Positions 58,833-64,000 of a DNA stretch of 64,000 bases are shown here, one piece after another. Within the stretch, counting starts at the first letter, position 1; each line of letters opens with the position of its first letter. The stretch spans positions 244,041 through 308,040 of the forward strand of contig AMWX01000001.1 of NCBI GenBank assembly GCA_000307935.1, written 5' to 3'. Position numbers and translations under genes: made by a program. The DNA is from SAR86 cluster bacterium SAR86E (GTDB lineage Bacteria > Pseudomonadota > Gammaproteobacteria > Magnimaribacterales > D2472). The notes below the pieces were generated by a model that saw only the letters and a list, made by a program, of their open reading frames with translations, ran no database searches and had not been told where the DNA came from.

Positions 58833-61730
58833 TTAAAAGTTATAAGTCCATCTAACACCGTAAGTTGATCTCTCTCGAGCCCATATACTTTTGTTAAAAC
58901 CAAGCGGTGCGGTTGCCTCGCCAATATGCATGATATTCTGCTCATCAGTAATATTTTGTCCGTAAATATCAACCCTCCAATTAGCATCAGCTGAAGAAGG
59001 TTTTATTGAAATCATGGCATTGTATTCAGTCCATGCTGGAACTTTGTCCCAGGCCAAATTAAATAAACCCGTATATCTTTCATCTTGATGGTAAGCATCA
59101 AGCCTAAATGTAATCAGATGATCAGGAGTATTTAGATTGTATTGAATGCCTAGGTTTGCAGAAAACTCAGGATGCGTTAATGAGTTTCCACTCACATCAG
59201 ATAAGCGACCATCCAAAATTACCTCTGAAGGGTTGCAACCCATCAAGTCGCATGCCGTTCCAATCATCACGCTATTATAAAGATCTCTTGAAGCTGTTAT
59301 TGATGGTAAATGACCTGGAGTAACATTTGGAAGAAAGCTAACGGGAGTTGGTTGTCCAGTTACCCTGTCGCCATGAAACTCTGCTGGAACAATAATAGCT
59401 TGAGCTGGACCCCAGAGTCCTCCCTGCCACATATTCCATATCATGGTTGCAACATCTTTTCTAACAACAAAAACTTCTCCATCAGCGGCATTCTTCATTA
59501 AATGCCAGTTTCCGCAACCGGTTGTAAGACATAAATCAGCATTGGCTGGGTTCATGATCATTTCTCCACTAGCTATCTCTGAATCCGTCCAGCTCATACC
59601 AACATTAAATTGCCAATTAGGTGCTTGTAATGGAATCCAAATAAATTCACTTTCGGCACCCATGATATCTACATCTATACCTTCATTGAGTCTGGTTTTA
59701 TTTTTTATTTTTGTTACTTGATAGTCTGCTGCATCATAAAAATATGCTGATGCATTCCATCTCATGCCCATGCTTGGAAAATCTGCTTTAAAGCCTACCT
59801 CAAAGGCATCAAGCTCTGTTGCAGGAAACACTTGTTGCGTATCTGGATACTTTTCGGGATCTAGTGCAGGATTAAATCCTCCACCTTTGTAGCCTTTTGA
59901 AATTGATCCATATAATAAAGTATTATCATTGAGCATGAAGTCAACAACAAATCTTCCAGTTGTATTGGCATAATCTGTTTCAGGATCACCTGGCGTACCA
60001 GATGCATACCATGATTGACCGAATTCAGGTATAGACTCACCAGGCAAAGCCGTGAATCCACCGCCAGCAGATCCAAAACCTACCACACTCAAGAATGGAG
60101 ACCTACCATATTGCTCCTTGTAATCCTCAGTTCTTCTGATACCTAATGTGTATTTCAGTTGGTCATTTGCCTGATAATAAACCTCACCAAAAATAGCAGA
60201 ACTTCTTGTAGCTGCTTTATTAGATGTTCTGTAAAGGGGGGCGTATAACTGAACAAAACCTTGAGGCAGGCCACCTGTTAAAACTGGTGGAGGCGCAAGA
60301 GCCAAAGCGTCCAATCCATTTGCTGCAATATCATATGTTGATATGCCTGATGTTGAGGTGTGAATTGCTCCAATTAAGTAGTTAAAGCTACCATCAAGAC
60401 TCGAACGTACCCTAATTTCAGTGGTATCGTGATTTGTATCTGGGTTGAACTGCCTATCAAAACCATCTGGGTAATTCATTGTGTCTGTAATACATCCGCC
60501 ATAGACGCCGAAAGTACCATCTTCAAGAGTGCAATTTGCGCCATAACCTGACATGGGAACATAACCACCCGGAAACAGAGGATTATCTTTAAATCTTAAA
60601 CGATCATATTCCTCTGACTCATAAACGCCAGTTCTATCATAAAGCCTATCTTTCGTTGAATGAGCAAGCGTTAAGTTCCAATCATCATTAATAGAGTGAT
60701 TGATAATTAGTTGGGTAATTTCTTGCTCGACAATGTAACGCGGATTACCTCTATTGTTTGACTGCCAAAAACCTTTGGGAGCACCTGACATATCTGTTAC
60801 AGGAGTGTAATCAAGAATACCAGTAAGAATAGCTAAATTCTCTACATAAGTTGCCATGGGGTGAGTAAGTTCATGGACTAACTCCGCTCCAGGAGTACAG
60901 CCCACTGCTACAGATGGATCGCGTTTACAATACCTATTGTTTACATAGTGACGAGTTGAATCCTCATCATATGTCTCGTGCACCAATAAGACATCTGTTG
61001 AGTCATTGATTTGCCATGCAAATGAAAATCTGTAGGCATCAGAATTCCTTCCATTGATATGTTTAGTTGGCCTTTTAGAATAAATATTTTCAATATCGCC
61101 ATCTCTATTTACAGTCATGCCCGCAATACGAATAGCCATTGAGTCACTCAATGGATAGTTCAAGGTATATCTAATTTTCTCAAGATCATAATCTCCTAAA
61201 TCCACAGAAACCATTTGAGAGATCTCATCAAATTGTGGTCTTCCGGTGATTAAGTTTATTGCTCCGCCAACTGAGTTTTTTCCATACAAAGTTCCTTGAG
61301 GGCCTCTAAGAACCTCTATCCTCTCCATATCAAGAAACTCACCATCTTGCATAGTTGTAGAACCTACTGGCATATCATTCACATGTATTTCCACTCCAGA
61401 TTCAGCCGTTGGAGAAACTGCCAAATTCGTAATTCCTCTAATGTTAAATGAGCCGCCACCTGCATCATTGCCTTGGAAGTTTAAACTTGGAGTAAGTAAT
61501 TGCAGATCTGAACCTGATTGAATCTGCTGATCTTCTAACATATCTGCAGTAAGCGCTGTTACAGCTATGGGCACGTCCTGTAAACTTTCTTCAACTCTTT
61601 GCGATGTAACAATAACCTCTTCAATGGAGGTCACCTCCGTATCTTGCGCTGGAACTGGAGTAACAAAAAAGAATAATGCTGCTGCAAAAAATGGCGCAAT
61701 GAAGTTTTGGTTTAATGGTAATTTTTTCAT
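58833..61730 (-). CDS. TonB-dependent outer-membrane receptor
   Basis: 965 aa. Signal peptide, plug region EEVIVTSQRVEESLQDVPIAVTAL...IEVLRGPQGTLYGKNSVGGAINLI, and a C-terminal ...RWTYNF ending in Phe. Confidence 0.92.
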   Translation of the reverse strand: MKKLPLNQNFIAPFFAAALFFFVTPVPAQDTEVTSIEEVIVTSQRVEESLQDVPIAVTALTADMLEDQQIQSGSDLQLLTPSLNFQGNDAGGGSFNIRGITNLAVSPTAESGVEIHVNDMPVGSTTMQDGEFLDMERIEVLRGPQGTLYGKNSVGGAINLITGRPQFDEISQMVSVDLGDYDLEKIRYTLNYPLSDSMAIRIAGMTVNRDGDIENIYSKRPTKHINGRNSDAYRFSFAWQINDSTDVLLVHETYDEDSTRHYVNNRYCKRDPSVAVGCTPGAELVHELTHPMATYVENLAILTGILDYTPVTDMSGAPKGFWQSNNRGNPRYIVEQEITQLIINHSINDDWNLTLAHSTKDRLYDRTGVYESEEYDRLRFKDNPLFPGGYVPMSGYGANCTLEDGTFGVYGGCITDTMNYPDGFDRQFNPDTNHDTTEIRVRSSLDGSFNYLIGAIHTSTSGISTYDIAANGLDALALAPPPVLTGGLPQGFVQLYAPLYRTSNKAATRSSAIFGEVYYQANDQLKYTLGIRRTEDYKEQYGRSPFLSVVGFGSAGGGFTALPGESIPEFGQSWYASGTPGDPETDYANTTGRFVVDFMLNDNTLLYGSISKGYKGGGFNPALDPEKYPDTQQVFPATELDAFEVGFKADFPSMGMRWNASAYFYDAADYQVTKIKNKTRLNEGIDVDIMGAESEFIWIPLQAPNWQFNVGMSWTDSEIASGEMIMNPANADLCLTTGCGNWHLMKNAADGEVFVVRKDVATMIWNMWQGGLWGPAQAIIVPAEFHGDRVTGQPTPVSFLPNVTPGHLPSITASRDLYNSVMIGTACDLMGCNPSEVILDGRLSDVSGNSLTHPEFSANLGIQYNLNTPDHLITFRLDAYHQDERYTGLFNLAWDKVPAWTEYNAMISIKPSSADANWRVDIYGQNITDEQNIMHIGEATAPLGFNKSIWARERSTYGVRWTYNF

Positions 61731-61917
61731 ACTTGACTCCCCCTAAAAGTAAGTAATGGTTGATTTTTTTATATATAAAAAATCTGTATATAACATACTT
61801 AATCAAATAAGTTTCATGAATGCAACAAATTAACGAATTTAATTAACTTATGAGTAAAAAATATAGGTGTAACAAATAACTGTTTTAGTAATACAATTTA
61901 AAAAAATATACTTAAGC

Positions 61918-63597
61918 ATGAAAAATATAATTTCAATTTTAACCCTTCTTAACTTATTTTTTTCATCAGCAATATTTGCCATTGAAAAAGCTGACTTAAT
62001 TTTGAGTTCTGAGAACGTTCTTTTAATGACTGGGCAAGAAAAGGCGATCCCTCTTTCAATAGCTATTAAAGATAAAAAAATTGCTTGGATAGGTAGTCAT
62101 AAAGAAGGCAAGCTTATTAAAGGAAAGCACATCAATTACAATGATCAAGCAATTTTACCTGGCTTTATTGACGCCCATGGGCATGCATCTTATGTTGCAT
62201 TTGCAACTCAGGTAGCAAACCTTGCATCACCTCCAGTGGGACAGGTGACAAACATTAAGGGTTTGCAAATAGAGTTAAAGAAATACATTAAAGATTTAAA
62301 GATACAACCTGGAAATTGGGTTATTGGGTTGGGGTATGATGACTCTCTGCTTGAAGAGCAAAGACATCCAACAAGAGAAGATTTAGATGAGGTTAGCAAG
62401 GAGCATCCCATATTTCTAATTCACGTCTCTAGTCATTTAGGGGCTGCAAACTCAAAGGGACTGGAGCTTGCCGAGATAAATGCTGATACCAAAGATCCAG
62501 CTGGTGGTAAAATTCGACGATACTCAGATTCAAATATTCCAAACGGAGTTGTAGAAGAGACAGCAGCATACCCTCTGCAAATGTCTGCGATGCAGGCATA
62601 CAAAGATCCAATCTCCAGTGTAAAAGAAGCAATGCAAGTATACGCAAGTCATGGCATTACGACGGCTCAAGATGGTGCGGCAAGCATTGAATCAATTGGT
62701 CTAATGAAAGCGGCGAATGCTCAAGGAAACGTTAATATAGATGTAATCAGTTATCCAATTGGGCAAATTGAAAATTTTGACGCACTGCCGCTTCAAAATG
62801 TTGGTAATTATGAGGGTCGAATTAAAATTGGTGGGATTAAGTTAATTCTTGATGGATCTCCACAAGGAAAAACTGCATATTTAACAGAGCCTTATCTGAA
62901 GCCACCCCATGGAGAAAGCCCTGATTATGCCGGCTACCCACTCATCGAAAAACAAACAACTCTTGATTTAGTGAAGAGATATGCTGCTAAAAAAATACCT
63001 ATCATGGCCCATGCTAATGGAGATGCAGCAGCAGATATGCTGATAGATGCTATTGAAAAAGCAAATCTTGAATACGATCATCGAACTATTATGATCCACG
63101 CTCAAACTGTTCGAGAGGATCAGCTAGATAAAATGAAAGCACTGCAAATTATTCCATCATATTTTTCAGCTCATACATTCTATTGGGGTGATTGGCATCG
63201 TGATTCAGTTTTTGGTGAGGAGAGAGCCTCTAGAATTAGTCCAACAAAATCATCTTTAAATAGAGATATTCCGTTCACAATTCACAACGATGCGCCCGTT
63301 GTTCCCCCTGACATGATTCGTCTCCTCTGGGCCACAACCAATCGAATGACTAGATCTGGAAAAATTCTTGGAGAAGAGCAAAGAATTTCGACCTATGATG
63401 CTTTAAAAGCAATTACAATCAATGCTGCACATCAACACTTTGAAGAGAATAGCAAAGGTTCAATTGAGATTGGAAAACTGGCTGACTTAGTTATTCTTTC
63501 TGCAGATCCACTCAGCATTCCTGTTAAAGACTTGCAAAGCCTTGATGTGGTTGCAACCTACTCTCATGGTAAAAAAGTTTTCAGTAAAAATAAATAA
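61918..63597 (+). CDS. Secreted amidohydrolase (amidohydrolase-3 / YtcJ-like, COG1574)
   Basis: Signal peptide. Motifs LPGFIDAHGH, HANGDAA and IHNDAPV. Confidence 0.8.
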   Translation: MKNIISILTLLNLFFSSAIFAIEKADLILSSENVLLMTGQEKAIPLSIAIKDKKIAWIGSHKEGKLIKGKHINYNDQAILPGFIDAHGHASYVAFATQVANLASPPVGQVTNIKGLQIELKKYIKDLKIQPGNWVIGLGYDDSLLEEQRHPTREDLDEVSKEHPIFLIHVSSHLGAANSKGLELAEINADTKDPAGGKIRRYSDSNIPNGVVEETAAYPLQMSAMQAYKDPISSVKEAMQVYASHGITTAQDGAASIESIGLMKAANAQGNVNIDVISYPIGQIENFDALPLQNVGNYEGRIKIGGIKLILDGSPQGKTAYLTEPYLKPPHGESPDYAGYPLIEKQTTLDLVKRYAAKKIPIMAHANGDAAADMLIDAIEKANLEYDHRTIMIHAQTVREDQLDKMKALQIIPSYFSAHTFYWGDWHRDSVFGEERASRISPTKSSLNRDIPFTIHNDAPVVPPDMIRLLWATTNRMTRSGKILGEEQRISTYDALKAITINAAHQHFEENSKGSIEIGKLADLVILSADPLSIPVKDLQSLDVVATYSHGKKVFSKNK

Positions 63598-63616
63598 GGA
63601 GGCTTACGCCTCCTTA
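63595..63616. terminator. Bidirectional hairpin terminator between convergent genes
   Basis: TAAGGAGGC-ttac-GCCTCCTTA, overlapping the stop codon at 63595-63597. Confidence 0.7.
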
Positions 63617-63634
63617 TATAAAAGTAAGTTGAAA

Positions 63635-64000
63635 TTATCTAGATACTTTAAAGCCTAGTTGACTTTGAACAAGAGCCTCTTCTGACATATCGCCTCTAGC
63701 TATAACTTGGCCATCATCATTAAACTGAAATCTAGTCACCTGATTTTCTTCAAATTGAAGACCAGTAATATCATCCGTAAACTTATGCCAAGTCCATGCA
63801 TAGACAACATTTTCTTTTCTATTAGCTGCAACTTCAACAATCTTATATTCATCTGCTCCCCAATCTTCAGCATCAGCAGATTCAATATTGTCCATGACTT
63901 GAGCTTTTGTATATCTTGGATTTACTAAGCCTCTTTTGAATGAAACATCTACTTCCTTACCATCTCTTTTCACTACAGCTTTAACGGGTTGACCTGGTAG
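63635..64000 (-). CDS. Hypothetical protein, N-terminus cut by the window edge
   Basis: The frame stays open from the GTG at 63973 up to position 64000 (LPGQPVKAV...). No family recognised. Confidence 0.5.
   Translation of the reverse strand, partial: LPGQPVKAVVKRDGKEVDVSFKRGLVNPRYTKAQVMDNIESADAEDWGADEYKIVEVAANRKENVVYAWTWHKFTDDITGLQFEENQVTRFQFNDDGQVIARGDMSEEALVQSQLGFKVSR

Noticed and set aside
61621-61806. 61-aa minus-strand ORF overlapping the 5' end of the TonB-dependent receptor gene
   Set aside because: It is out of frame with, and overlaps, the receptor signal-peptide region, and it is very AT-rich low-complexity sequence.

Overview
About 64 kb of chromosomal DNA from an AT-rich, tightly packed genome. 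Many neighbouring genes overlap by 1-17 nt. The gene content (TonB-dependent receptor, Na+/solute symporter, secreted hydrolases, Entner-Doudoroff genes) suggests a streamlined marine gammaproteobacterium, possibly SAR86-like; that is a guess from content only. I support about 56 CDS, 2 tRNAs (Ser-GGA, Gly-TCC), several hairpin terminators, one orphan promoter-to-terminator unit (candidate sRNA) and a repeated 14-bp operator-like dyad. I saw no rRNA, CRISPR array, transposase, integrase, phage gene or recognisable defence system. The main blocks are listed here. (1) The tesA/ybbA/ybbP locus, two ABC-2 exporters and queF. (2) A MoxR AAA+/VWA pair coupled to a large membrane protein. (3) thioesterase, tatD, CoA-transferase, RND exporter, BolA-like and ogt. 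(4) Secreted proteins of unknown function around tRNA-Gly. (5) PhoD-like, amidohydrolase, FAD oxidoreductase and a CryPro-type photolyase. (6) A BVMO-sulfatase-esterase operon. (7) A CinA-like/NadD-like fusion next to an indoleamine 2,3-dioxygenase homologue. (8) A beta-glucoside/glucose catabolic island: CBM9/DUF5916, GH3, pgl, glk, SSS symporter, LacI regulator, pyk, gap-zwf-edd-eda. (9) A GH2-M20-DUF1330-glcB operon. (10) A TonB-dependent receptor with secreted accessory proteins and amidohydrolases. The best candidates for undescribed biology are four: the purine-rich orphan RNA at ~50.27-50.49 kb; the wHTH plus twin membrane-protein module beside tRNA-Ser; the MoxR/VWA/membrane-protein operon; and the CinA-NadD-like fusion paired with IDO. 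All calls rest on reading motifs and on remembered family signatures. No searches were run.
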